A stretch of 64,000 nt of DNA from the NCBI GenBank assembly GCA_965113315.1, contig OZ220369.1, one strand, 5' to 3'. This document shows, one piece after another, positions 49,315-62,065 of this stretch. The position numbers and the translations under genes were made by a program. The DNA comes from Podarcis vaucheri (taxonomy: Eukaryota). Within the stretch, counting starts at the first letter, position 1, and each line of letters begins with the position of its first letter. A model generated the notes under the pieces. The model did no database searches and was not told the DNA's origin. It saw only the letters and a program-made list of their open reading frames with translations.

Positions 49315-52300
49315 GACTGCAATAAAATAAAAAGAGATCTAATATTTGGCGATTATTTGGACTAATACAGAAATAGTCAGAAAACACCTGATGAATACTA
49401 GATTAGACATCAAAATTGGGAGGAATTTTTTGGGAAGCAAATTCATTTCATCTCAAGTACCAGCCTACTTCAGCTAAAGGTTATTTTTAAACACATTCAA
49501 TGGATGAATCAGATGTTTTTAAGAGAGTTTTGACAGCCCCTGAATTAACCAGGGCCCCATTTCTCATCCCAACTCATTAGTTTCAGGTGGGCAGGAGGGT
49601 ATAGTAAGTCAGCTGACGCCTTAGACCAGGGTCAAGGAGCATGTGATCTTCAAGTGTTGTTGGACTCTGATACCCATCAGCTCCCACCAGCATGACCAAC
49701 AGTCAGGGATTATGGGAGTTGTAGTCCAGTAACACCTGGAAGGCCAAAGGATAGCCACCCCTGCCTTAGAATTTTTTAAGAAAAAAAATCTGCAAAGGGT
49801 GCTGAATAACATGGGGAATGAAAACCTATGAGCACACCTTCCCCACACCAGCACCTACAGAAGTAAGGATGCTTCCAAGGCTTTTTTGTTTTTTAAAGCA
49901 AGGCTAAAGGATCTTTTTTGGAGGGGATACTTGATGTCTGGAAAATAATCCAACATGCAGAGCCTTTTAGCCTTCAAACAGCTTTTTGATAACTCATTAA
50001 TAAAGTAATGAGGCTGGGGCTGCCTTCTTAAGTCAGGGCTCTGAATACATAATGGGTTTAAGGCCACCTTGGAGCCACACAGTTGCAAAGAGACGTGTGG
50101 AGAAGGTAAAGTGGTGCCAAGGAGGGGTCGAAGGTCTGCAGAGAGGTGGAGGGAGAGGGCTGGAGGGAGATCCAAAGAGATAAGAAAATCAATTCCCCTC
50201 CATTCATGCCTGCTCAGCCCTTGCACACCAGGGAGATTGGGACTGGCAATCCAGTACAGCAGAAGGGACCATGGGGGCAATAGAGCAATTATTTGGAGAT
50301 GCTCCAAGCTCAAGAAGGCAGCCCCCAAAGACATAGAGGAGCAAAGAAGTATCGCCCTGAAACTCTTAATAGTTAGAGAGATCCAACTATTATTTCCCTG
50401 CAGTTGAGCCCCTCTTGCCTGTGAGACCTGGAAGACCTGCTCCCTGCCTTGCAGGCCTTTTTGCACCTGGCCTCGGAGGGCAGGGCTCTGATTGAATGGA
50501 GAAGCTGTGTCTGGTAATAATTTAATAACAATAATTTTATTATTTATACCCAACCCATCTGGCTGAGTTGCCCCAGCCACTCAGAGCAAATTCCAACACA
50601 TATAAAAACTCTTCTGTTGGGTATTGGGTTTTGTTGCTGCTGCTGTTATTAATTTTGTGTATCTCTCTTTTTAGATCTTACTATTATTTATGTGGAAATC
50701 ATTCAATTTGGTCATGCACTTTTTGATGTGTATTATTTATTTATTTATTTATTTTATTTATGTCTGCTTTCGTTATTTGTAATTATGTCCTGTCCCCCGC
50801 ATATTATAAACCTCCTTGAGCATGGTTTTAACTACGGTAAAATGGCACACAGATATGTCTGTATGTACGTGTCTCGTCTTTCCTCCAAGGTGAAGAGGGC
50901 GACATGCACTGGGTTTCTCTCCTTTAATGCCTGCCCCTTTAATGCCTGCTGGCTCAGGATCACTCAACGAGCTTCATGGCCCCAAAGGGATTTACAATCA
51001 GCAATCACCCAGTCTAGTCCAACTTTCTTCAACCTGGGTGTTCTCCAGTTGTTACTGGACTCCAGCTCCCATCAGCTCCAGCCATCATGGCCAATGGTCT
51101 AGGAAGATGGGAATTGTAGTTCACAACATATGGCTGGCAAACTTAACTCAAATCACTGGTAAAAACACAGTGGAACAGAGAAAGGAACCTACTGCTACAC
51201 CACACAAACACAGAGAGAGTAAAATATTTACAGGATTAGATAGATGCAAAAAATAGAGATGGGCTGAGCAGCCAAGTCTGCACTACTACATTTGACTGTA
51301 TAGGTGCAATTCTATATATGTCTACTCAGAAGTAAGTCCCATTGAGTTCAATGAGGCTTGTACTCAGAGAAATGGGTACAGGGCTGGCGTCTAAAACATT
51401 TGTGTTGGTTGCTAAAGATCTTCATGCTCTATGTGCGTGCAAATTGCTGTGGGTTTTAGACAATTACAGAAATGGGGTCAAACTAGTCAGCAGATTCATT
51501 GCAAAAAAACCAAACAAACCCCACCCTCTCCCTTTCCCCATCTTTCTGTAACTCACAGCTGCCTTTCAGAAAAAAAGAGAAGGAAAAGGCAGAACCAAGG
51601 ATTGAGAACCTGTGGCCTTCCAGGTTTTGTTGGAACTTCAACTTCCATTCTCATCCCTGACTGCTGGCTAAGTTGGGGCTTTAGAGAACATTAAACGTTC
51701 CAGTTGCTTTGAAGTATAATACAAAATTTCAACATCACCACCACGTGAAGCCTGAACTGGTAAAGGCCATGAAAAGCTTTACCACTTGACTCTCCTAAAT
51801 TTATAGAGCAGAAAATTTGCAGAGGGAACCACACACACCATTCAGTTTCACTCAGAAACATAGAATTGTAGAGTTGGAAGGGACCCAAAGGGTTAACTAG
51901 GGCTTACTCACACTCCCTCTTGTTTCACTGCTTTCTCCCGGGGGAAACTGCCCTTTAGAGCTCAATTGGAGCAAATGGCAATTCAGATTTCTGCTGGATT
52001 GATGTTTGCTCCAATTAAGCACTAAAGAGCGGGTTTTTCCCTAGAAAAGGAGCGGGACAAGGGGGAAACTGCTTGGACCCCTGCTTTCTAGGCATGGGGC
52101 AAGTGAAAGTGTGGAAAGCCCCTAATCTAACTGGCTGCAATGCAGAAATCACAACTAAATAACTTGCACTTCTTAGTGCAAAAGCTAAGAACACACACAT
52201 ATTTATGTTACATTTACATCTAGCACTTTTCCCAAGGGTGTTCAATGGGCTATTGTATTTTATCATCACAACGACCCTATAGGGTATGGCTAAGTGGAGG

Positions 52301-55300
52301 GAAGGATGCTGCCTGGGTATGCAGGGCCAACCAATGCTCTGCAGAGATTTAAACTCACGTCTTCTATCCAAGTCTCTGCCTGCTATATCACTCCAACCCA
52401 CCCACTGCTTGCTTGGGAGCATTTGTTAAAATCAGCAAAACCGTATCTGTCCTCCTGAGTAGGGATGGATGGCTCTTTCTGTTCTGGCTTTCTCAGTTTT
52501 CCCCGTCTCAATTTCTTCCCCATCTCTAGTCTTGAGAGAATTTCCACTGAACTTCCAGACAATTAGCCCTGATGGAGGGTTGGAGATACATAACCATTAG
52601 GATTTTCTGAGCAAAGTTCACGTTCGCACCTATTGTGCTGACGTGAAAGCTGATTTGCTGCTCCCAGAGTAAAGCCGAGAGCAGCTCTGAAAGACAAGAA
52701 AAACCAATAGTGTTTGCAAAAACCAATAGTGTTTGCCAAAGTAGAAAAAAAGTAAGTGTGTGTACATGCACATTTTAAACCCTGGGTGCTGTTTGCCTAG
52801 GAGCTTAAAACAACAACCATCACTAACAGAGAGAGTTTGGTGGTTCAGGTTATAGGAAGCAGACTCAGACCACAGGTCCATCTAGCTCAGTATTCCCTAT
52901 ACTGACTGGTAACAGATCTCCAAGATTTAGGGAACCTGGGGATTGAACCTCGGCTTTTGTACATAATTCCATGGCAGACATGCAGGACTTTCTCAGCAAG
53001 GCAACACAGGAAGCAAGGGTGAGAAGCATCAGCTCCTGAAATTTGGTGGCAGTGTGAAGCTTCTGGATTGGCCTGGCCGAGATGGGATCTTGGCTGGTGA
53101 ACAGAGCAGGATCATTTGCTCGTGGATCTTTAGCCACAGGTCGCAGGGGTCCTGGGCTAGGGAAGGCGGAGAAATTTGGTTCTGTTTAGGTTTTATGCAA
53201 ATCTTCCCAATTCGCACCTCCTGAATCTATCTATAAACTGAAATGCAGCCATCCTTTGAAATTTGCACTTCTCTGTATTTTGCAGTGCAGTTCTCCAACC
53301 AAAAAAGTGTACAAAAATACACCATTATACCAGGAGAAAGTGGGCATAAAGGCACATATTCCATTGTATTGGTGGAAAATTACTTGCAAAAATGTGTGCA
53401 CACAAACATGTGTATCTTACAATTTATTTATTTTAAAAAATGACAAACTAATGCAGAAATGTGTCCAACGGAACTTACACTTGGAAAAATGAGAAGTTGA
53501 GAGGGTCCACAGCAAAGTGCTTTTGCCTGGTTTTACCTCTGACATCTCCAAGGTAGAGGTGGAAAAAGAGCCTTCCTAAAACCCTGGGGAGCTGCTGCCA
53601 GCCAGTGTAGACAATACTGAGCTGAATAGACTGGCTGACTCTGTATAAGGCAACTTCCTACATTCCTAAATTGAAATTGACAAATATATCCATACACCTG
53701 TCTTGAGTCTAAATCTGGCCTAGACCCAACACACAGCTGGGGACCCCTCTCTCACCCCACTCCCCCACAATTTGTTCCACAAAGACGGATGTCCTGCCAT
53801 CTTTCTACTCTGTCAAGCTGGCCTGCATGAAGTGGGGGAAGTGGCAGCAAAATGCTCCCCTAGGGCACTCTTCTCCCAACTTCTTGTCTCTTTGCTTTAA
53901 TTAGTTCCAACAGAGCAAGCCTCTGACAGTCATTCCTCCTGATGGCTCAGGATCGTTTCTGCCTGCTCTGATCCCTGCTCTGGCCCAGTGAGAGAAGGAG
54001 TTGCACAGTGGAGAGGGGAGAAAGAGGTCAAGGAAGAAGACGCAGTGGCCTACCTGACATTGGTTAGCTGCAGGGAAGAGCCTGACAACTTCCCTGAGGC
54101 GGAGGAAAGCATTCGCTGCTAAGTACAGTATCTTCAGTAGGATGGGAAGCAGAAATGCCCACCAGCGAACATGCTATGGATCCAACCAACAAAGCCATGT
54201 TTTGTCAGGTAAGCAGAGTTGGAGCAAAGGTGCTCTGGGGCTTGGCAAAAACAACAGCACAGCCAGTGATGGAGAATTTGCTGCCTTTTAATGGGATTCT
54301 ATAAATCTGGGATGCCTCAGCCTTGCAAATGGAAGAACTGGAAGAAAAGCCCATTCATTCCAGATTCTGCCCAGGCTCTGCCCCAACCCACCACATTTTG
54401 TCAAGGCCCCTGGCCCCCTCAAATATTTTATTGGGGTGGGAAGGATCTCAGCCTCTAGGAGTTGGCTCCTATGGTCCAGGCTCCACCTTCAACATACCTT
54501 TGGGCTGCTTTGGCCAGGTTGGGGGGGGTGGATATCCAAAGCATGATAGCAGATGGATCCCATAGGGCAGCATTAGGGGAGCCTGTGGCTTTCCCCATGT
54601 TGATGGATGACCAGCTCACATCAGCTCCTGCAGTCAGCATGGGCAGTGGTCCAGAAATGATGGGAGTTGTAGACCAGCAACATGCAGGCTACCTCTGCTG
54701 TAGAGGAACTGTGTGACAAAGGCCAGCCAAGAGGGTCAGCTAACCCCATGGCGAAAGAAGGTATCCAAGTGAGTCCCAGGACGCAGTCCGAAGGCAGGTG
54801 ATGCAGCCCCCTTGCTGACTCAAAGCAGGGAGGTTCTGCATCTTTTTCAAACAGCATGCTTAACAAGCTGGTTTTTATATGCCTTTAATTGTTTAAAATG
54901 TGATAATTGTATCATTTTATCACTTCTGTGTTTACTGCCCTGTGCTCCTTTGGGAGGCAGGTCAGAATAGAAATTTCATAAATAAACAAACCAAGCCACT
55001 TTGAAGGGAAAGCAGCAATACAGAGTCCTGGTCCTGGGCTGAGCTGCTGATCCAGAGTGGGCCCCTGTGTGGGGTTTTTTGGCCTCCCAGCTGCTCTTTG
55101 CCTCCATGGGTGCAGTTGCAGAAAACAGTACCCACCCATGCACTCCAAAAAGATATCCCAGGGAGAATTATTTGGAAACCAGCACAGGGCCTAATCTGTA
55201 TCATGCAGCACAGTACCAAACTGGGATTCTGTGCACCTCCTTGAAAGGGTGCATTCACAGCAGCATGGGCAAGTGTTCCACTGGTGCAACACATTCATGT

Positions 55301-55827
55301 CCTCTCCCCCACTGCTCTCATCTTCTCAGGAGGGTCCTCTCTGGAGCTGCTCAAGTTGGCATACATGTTTCTCCTCCCTCCCACTCTTCATTTTGCCCTC
55401 ACAACAACCCTGTGAGGTAGGTTAGGTTGAGAGATGGTGGCTGGGCCAAGTCACCCAGTGAGTTTCATGGCTGACTAGGGATTTGAACTCTGGCCTCCAA
55501 AATCCTAGCCCAATTCTCTAACCATTATGCCACACTAGCTCAGCCCACTCCTCATAGCTCCTTCTCGCATGGTTCTCTGTCTCTGCATGTTCCTTCATCC
55601 CAAATAGGCTTTTAAAATCCTTCTTCACTGCAACACACACACACAACGCTGAACACTACATTCCGAATTGTGCAATTCCTCCTTACACACTCCCCACAAA
55701 TTATGCAATGATGTAAATCATGAGATGCGAATTTATGTCACTTGTTTCGAGCACAGAATTCCAGGGTCCCTTTGCCAACCAGAGGGAGGAGGATTTGACA
55801 GTCCTTCTGTAGCTGCAGAAGACAGTC

Positions 55828-55832
<5 letters not shown>

Positions 55833-55874
<42 letters not shown>
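55833..55874. repeat. (AG)n microsatellite
   Basis: About 21 AG units. Confidence 0.95.
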
Positions 55875-55877
<3 letters not shown>

Positions 55878-56414
55878 GGTCAGCCTGCCCCAGGCGCAAG
55901 CAGCTGCCTCATTCCACACTTTCCTCCCAATGACCTGGAATGCCGGAAGGATGCCCAGATCTCTCTCAGCAGCTCTCACCTGAGCGACAGACCCATTAGC
56001 AGTGCAGCTGCAGCAGGAGCAAGATATTAAGAGAGCTGTTGACCCCAGTGCAAAAAGCTCAACTTGTGTCAGATAACAGGACTGTGTGAAGGAGTTGCAA
56101 GCTTTTATCCGAGGCTCAGGGAACATCTGGCATGGAACGCCTGGCACTACCTCTAGAATTTATTTATTTTAATGGCAGGATTCCATCAGAGCACACGCAT
56201 GGGACCATTAGGCAGCAACTGGTTGCACACACACAGCTCCCCCAGACAATCCTCAGAACTGGAAGTGAGAGCAAGTAGGTCAGTGGGCTGATCTAGAGAA
56301 AGCCACAGGGGTGAGGGATCCCCTTTACTCCCTTGCCATTATTTTCCTCCTCCTAACCAGCTGCGACTAAAACCTACACCAGGGGTGGCTGACATGTTGC
56401 TCTCCAGAGGGTGG

Positions 56415-56442
56415 GCAGCTGTCCAGGCAAGGTGGTGCTGAA
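56415..56442 (-). promoter_or_regulatory. Candidate non-canonical (expanded-spacer) RE1/REST site
   Basis: TTCAGCACC-N9-GGACAGCTGC on the minus strand. Confidence 0.45.
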
Positions 56443-57962
56443 GTATCTGAATTGTCCAGTTACTGTGCACTGTATTTTGAGACAACGTCAGATACTGTAT
56501 CACCCCAGGGATTCCAATTATTGAATTGTATTATTTTGATGAATTTGTTGCTGTTTGCTTCATTTATACTCTACTGCACTTGATATTATAGTGATTGTAA
56601 TGTTTGTTGTTTTGTCTGCAACAAAGGCTAAAGCCAGGGTTCATGCACTCTCTTGTTGAGTCCCATTTGTGCCTATTCCCTCAGGGGACCCAGGGGATCA
56701 AGAGGCGTTCAACAGGCCACTCCCCCAGGATGGGCGCAAGGCACAATCTGGTCCGATGCCGAAATGTCACTTATGCCTGCAATTGCAGCCATTACATTCC
56801 TTGATCCCCTTTGCCTTTGATGTCTGGAGCAACGGAACTCTGGGGACTGCATGAGGCAAAAGGCATCTGACACAGCCTGGATCACAAGGAACAATCCCCT
56901 TATACCTGCCCAGGGAGGGATGCAATGCAAGGCTTAGAATACTGATAGACAGCAGCACACTGCACAGGAAAAGGTGCAGGAGGAAGGTGCCTTGAGTGAA
57001 GCAACACAGGCATTGCCAGGGAGGGAGGCTTGGTGGCTGGAGGTTCATAAGCATCTTGGCTGCAGCATGGGCTCTGAGGATCCCTTGCCACTACAGTTAG
57101 GGCTGTGCATGGGCCAGGATTCTGTGCACAGAACGTGGCCCTGATGCAAAATTCAGCTCCCTAAAGATCTCATTTTTTAAAAAGCAGGAAAAATGAGTGG
57201 AGGCGATACTGTGATTCCCACATTGCAAAGGTTGGACTAGATGGCCCTTTGGTTCCCTTCCAACTCTACAATTCTGTGATTCTTTGCCAGCTAATCTCTC
57301 AGGTGGAAGAGAGAAAGGTCAGCTGAGATTTCTGGTGGCCTGATGGGGACCTGGCCTGTCCCCCAAAACCGGATAATTATTGCTGTATCCCACCCCAATC
57401 TCCACCAAATAGCTGCACGAGATCCTAAGGGTTCCAGGTGCTCACCTAGGGTTCTCTTTTCTATGGGAAATCAAGGCACAGTGGAGAGTAGTGTCTTTAA
57501 GAAATATGGTTTCTTGTACACATATTTACACCTGGGTCTGCACTGGAGAGAGTTCAGAGCATTACATCTCAAGAGGGGCTTGTTCCCCAGAGCAGTGCAA
57601 CACTGGAGTCCAAGCATCCTGCACAACTTCTCAGTGCCTCTGTCCCAACCTGCCAAGATGGTTCTGCCCTGCATGGCCTCTGCCTTGAGTTGTGGCTCCA
57701 CCCTTCTCCTTCCCAAAGACCCTTGCCAGAAAAAACTGAAGCCTTGTGTAAAATGACACCTTTTCCCTATAGGCACATCCCCCATCACCTTGGCAGCCTC
57801 CTGCCCTCACCCAGTAGAGCCTCCTACCCGGTTGATGGTTTTCACTGAGGGGTTAATGACTTGCTTCCATTAATGATTTATCATTCTTATCAGCTTCTGT
57901 CTCAGACCAGCCCTGGCATCTTCCCTTCAATACTCCACATATTATCTAAATTCTACCGTGCA

Positions 57963-58204
57963 CAGTGGCACCTCGGGTTACATACGCTTCAGGTTACATA
58001 CGCTTCAGGTTACAGACTCCGCTAACCCATAAATAGTACCCCGGGTTAAGAACTTTGCTTCAGGATGAGAACAGAAATCACACAGCAACGGTGCGGCAGC
58101 AGTGGGAGGCCCCATTAGCTAAAGTGGTGCTTCAGGTTAAGAACAGTTTCAGGTTAAGAACGGACCTCTGGAACAAATTAAGTACGTAACCTGAGGTACC
58201 ACCG
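57963..58204 (+). mobile_element. Tc1/mariner (Tigger-like) MITE
   Basis: Same family, with an internal tandem ggttacatacgcttca. Confidence 0.88.
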
Positions 58205-59422
58205 TATTAATTTCCAACATTCCCTAACTCTGGCAGTTATGGGTGCACCCCCAAACTCTGTTACCCTGGATCTGTGACAGTATTTTACTGACACCAGTTA
58301 TCCATTCAGTATACTCAGGTCCTGCTTTAAGGCCCTGAGAGGTTCGCAAAGCGGCTTACGAAAGAGAGTCTCACAACAAAGTCATGCTCAAATCTAGGAA
58401 GAGAAACATTGTTGGTTATATGGCTGTGTGTCACTCCGGGTACATTAAGCAGAAGAGCAGAATAATAAAGAGTAATCATTATTATATTGAAATGGCAGAA
58501 ACCGGACATTATGCAAAATAAGAGACATCATGCCAAGCTGAACAGCGGTTTCGGAGTTCTACAGAATCCCAGTTCTCCCGGCACGGAAGCTCAATTACCT
58601 TGATGCAAAGCTCTCAATCTCCCTTGCCGTTTGCCCAAGACACACACACACACACACACACGGCAGGCCGCCAAATGGTGCAGTCGCTCCGAGACAGGCA
58701 CGTAAGCCCTCTCTGCATGAACCCGCCGAGGGCTGAAGGCAAGCACCCCTCCGCCTTGCTCCCCACAGCATCCCCCTCCTATTAATCCCCCATCAGCTCT
58801 CAAAGCCAGAGGCAAACAACTACTGAGAGGCAGAGAGAGATCCCAGCCCAGCACAGCTTTCAGGAAAAAAAGGCGACTGTTTTGTTGCGATAATGGAGAG
58901 CCGGCTGACAAGAAAGAGCAGGAGGGGGGGTGCCAGGGACTAATTTCCTGTTGATATTTTTAAAGCCTCCATTAAAGACTCGGCTGCCCTCCGCAGGGGA
59001 AGCTTTCTCCATCACACACACCCTCCCTTGCACCCCCAACAGCTGTGAGCTGCACAGCAAAGCGGCGGGTCAGGTGGGGACATCCTATGAAAGGCCGCTC
59101 CCAGGCTTCAGAGGCAGTGGCGGAGCGGATAAGTTCTGAAGTGCAGACCCTCTTTGTGACAACAACACGCACCCCCTCCCAGTTGCTTCTAAGAAACAGA
59201 AATCAGAGTTTGAACAGGGCAGAGATGATGGCAGGAGTGTACTAAGCCAGCTTCTTGCTGGCTCTCACCTACACATTTTGCTCAACATCCAGACTGAGAA
59301 AGAGCCCTGGTGGACTCAAAAGCTTGCTCACGCTTTTGTGATCTTTTGGTAGGTCATTATGGTAGTTATTTTCTAAAGTAAAATAGTGGCAGCTTAACCC
59401 TTAACCATGCATGCCTACACCC

Positions 59423-59497
59423 TGGATAGCTCAGATGGTTAGAGCGTGATGCTGGTAACACCAAGGTTGTAGGTTCAATTCCTGTATGGGACAGCTG
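59423..59497 (+). mobile_element. tRNA-derived SINE head (not a functional tRNA)
   Basis: ggatagctcagatggttagagcg...ggttcaattcc has A/B boxes but a broken acceptor stem. Confidence 0.55.
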
Positions 59498-59499
59498 TG

Positions 59500-59935
59500 C
59501 CTCTCCCGGTATGCCCCACGGAGGACCTTAAGGTCCATAAATAGCAACACCCTAGTGGTCCAGGGGCCCTAAGGAAGTTAGATTAGCCTCAACCAGAGCC
59601 AGGGCCTTTTCAACACTGGCTCCAGCCTGGTGGAACACTCTGTCTCATGAGACCAGGGCCCTGTGGGATCTGATTTCCTTCTGCAGGGCCTGTAAGACAG
59701 AGTTGTTCTGCCTGGCCTTTGGCTTAGAATCAATTTGATTCCCTCCCCCTCTTTCTTTTTTCCTTTTTCCTCCTGTGAAGAGGCTGCATCTTAATGTTTT
59801 AATGTTGTATTTTAATCTTGTTTTTAAGTTGTATTTTAATCAACTTGTTTTTATTATTGGTTCTTAGCCACCCTGGGACCAGTCTTGGGTGGGGAGGGCG
59901 GGGTATAAATAAACTTTATTATTGTTATTATTATT
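59500..59935 (+). mobile_element. L2-like LINE 3' fragment
   Basis: agggccttttc...gctccagcctggtggaacactct (RAFS..AP..WN.L motif), followed by a T-rich UTR and a (TTA)n tail. Confidence 0.65.
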
Positions 59936-60241
59936 TGGCAGGCACCCCATGAAAGGACATTACTATTCTTACTAAATTTTATCCCACCTTTCTGCTGGGC
60001 AGCTCATAGCTGGCCCTTGTCCCAGCTGTGAAATAAAGGTGTGGTGCTTTCGCCAGGTCTGCACTGCAGCCATTTCACAGTTAAGAGACATGCAGTCCCT
60101 TCAGAGTCACCATTTCATGGGAGAAAGTCAGTCCTGGGCAAAAACTGAGACTGCCTCCCCAGTGGATGCTCCACCCTTCAACGAGTGATGCCTTGCAAGT
60201 GTGAAAAGTCATCAAAATGATAAATGCTACTATGAACAATT

Positions 60242-60574
60242 GTTGTTGTTTAGTCGTTTAGTCGTGTCCGACTCTTCGTGACCCCATGGACCAGAGAACA
60301 CCAGGCACTCCTGTCTTCCACTGCCTCCCGCAGTTTGGTCAGACTCATGTTTGTAGCTTCGAGAACACTGTCCAACCATCTCATCCTCTGTCGTCCCCTT
60401 CTTCTTGTGCCCTCCATCTTTCCCAACATCAGGGTCTTTTCCAGGGAGTCTTCTCTTCTCATGAGGTGGCCAAAGTATTGGAGCCTCAGCTTCAGGATCT
60501 GTCCTTCCAGTGAGCACTCAGGGCTGATTTCCTTAAGAATGGATGCGTTTGATCCATGGACAAAGACAACATGC
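60242..60574 (-). mobile_element. BovB (RTE) LINE 3' end, 5'-truncated
   Basis: SILKEISPECSLEGQILKLRLQYFGHLMRREDSLEKTLMLGKMEGTRRRGRQRMRWLD...HGVTKSRTRLND, (CAA)n tail, TSD ATGAACAATT at 60232-60241 and 60575-60584. Confidence 0.92.
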
Positions 60575-60741
60575 ATGAACAATTAGGGATGTCAAATAAT
60601 TCCAATGCAAGTGAAAACAAGACTGAAAATTGAGGATGGCCACTTATTTGTCCCATGTCCAGAATGGAAATTAATCCAGCAAGTATGATCAGTATATGCT
60701 GCTGTTGCTGCTTTGTGTTGGCAAATGAGGCATAATTAAGA

Positions 60742-60880
60742 TAATAGAATTGTAGAGTTGGAAGGGACCCCAAGGGTCATCTAGTCCAACCCCCTGCAAT
60801 GCAGGAATCTCAGCTAAGCATCCATGGCAGACGGCCATCCAACCTCTGCTTTAAAACCGCCAAAGAAGTCCACCACTTTC
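60742..60880 (-). mobile_element. CR1 3' end fragment
   Basis: tagaattgtagagttggaagggaccccaagggtcatctagtccaaccccctgcaatgcagg, as at 12960-13030. Confidence 0.75.
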
Positions 60881-61525
60881 TGATTGATGGTGTTTCCTCC
60901 ATTTGTACTGCTTTTCCTTTGCTATGAAATGAATGGCCTTTGACTTGAAATGCTGTGGAATAACATACGGATAATGTAATTATGCAAATTCTGCCATAGA
61001 AGACAGCAAGATGAAGCCATATTGCAGCAGAACAGAAACAGCACTGCCCATGACGCAATGGATGGAATGGAGATCAATGCCTTCCTATATCACCACAGCT
61101 GAAAACTTCCTATTTCCTCACATTGCCTTGAGGCATTGCAGTGGAGTTGCACTCCATTCACACATTCAGCCATGAGTCGTATAAAGGGATGATAAATTTG
61201 GTGGTTGATATACCTTTGTGGGCCAAGCCTCCTGTCCAGAGAATGCCCATGCTTTGTCTTTAAAAAATGGAACTCCATTCACACATTCAGCTGCCAACCA
61301 CTAAGGGCTGGTGATTGCATGCCATTGGCAACTTCAGCATCAAAGGCTGGTTTATGTGAATGGGCCAGCACAGATTATAATGCCACAGACAGCATTTATA
61401 GGCTGCCTCTCAGGGACCCCACTTGCCAGTAGGATGAGTCCACACGCTGGATGTGCAGGTACCAAGTAAGCCAATGAAGCAGAAGGGACACGAGAAGGTG
61501 CTTCATACAGAGTCAGGCCACTCAC

Positions 61526-61949
61526 CATCTCACTCAAGGCTGGGGGATCTCCTGCTTTCCCCCCCCCCCCAAGCCATTTCCAGTGGCCTGCCAGCCCCCT
61601 ACCACGTTTCCTTTCAGTGCTAGAATAATAAAATCATTGAAAAGCGCCATCTGTGCAGTAGCCAGTGGCTGCTGAAGTGTGGGGAGTGGAATCCCCTCCC
61701 CTCGCCTTCCCCGAGACCATCGGAGTGGAAGTCATTGGTGGCAGCGGCGAACTCCAAGTAGCAGCTGAGCTACTGTGCTCCAGTCTTCCCTGAGTGCTTG
61801 GTTATTGTCGTTGGTGCTCAGGAAACTCCAAGCAGATGGGGGTGCTGAGGTGGAAGTAGGCGGCCAAGCGCTCTGCTTTCTCCTAAGCGTGCTCAGCAAT
61901 CACTACTGTCGCTTGAGAATCACTGGAGCACTCAACTGCGTGCTTTCCC
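61526..61949 (-). other. ADGRB2: Candidate upstream (mostly 5'UTR) exon of ADGRB2, ending in ATG
   Basis: Strong acceptor (ctctcttcctctcctctgcag|) and perfect donor (ATG|gtgagt) around unique, CpG-containing sequence. The terminal ATG would join in frame to GGC AAA TGT CAT AGG ATG (M-GKCHRM; compare human ...WM-GKGHRM). Confidence 0.55.
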
Positions 61950-62024
61950 CTGCAGAGGAGAGGAAGAGAGGCCTCTTCTCCTGGCTATCTCCTACCCCAC
62001 AGCTGAAGAGAGAGCTGTGTGAGC

Positions 62025-62026
<2 letters not shown>

Positions 62027-62062
<36 letters not shown>
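62027..62062. repeat. (GA)n microsatellite
   Basis: About 18 GA units, forming a pyrimidine tract on the minus strand upstream of the candidate acceptor at 61950. Confidence 0.95.

Positions 62063-62065
<3 letters not shown>

Noticed and set aside
49855-50580. 241-aa minus-strand ORF, and other 100-190 aa ORFs such as 30476-31036, 32752-33297 and 26201-26719
   Set aside because: No recognisable domain, they start in or cross repeats and microsatellites, and they lack convincing splice or codon signatures.
52699-52737. Short tandem duplication AAAACCAATAGTGTTTGC x2 (similar one at 28-66)
   Set aside because: Ordinary slippage-type microduplication with no further structure.
59423-59497. Possible tRNA gene (also 43734-43800)
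   Set aside because: Acceptor and T stems are degenerate, and each runs into retroposon sequence, so these are SINE heads.
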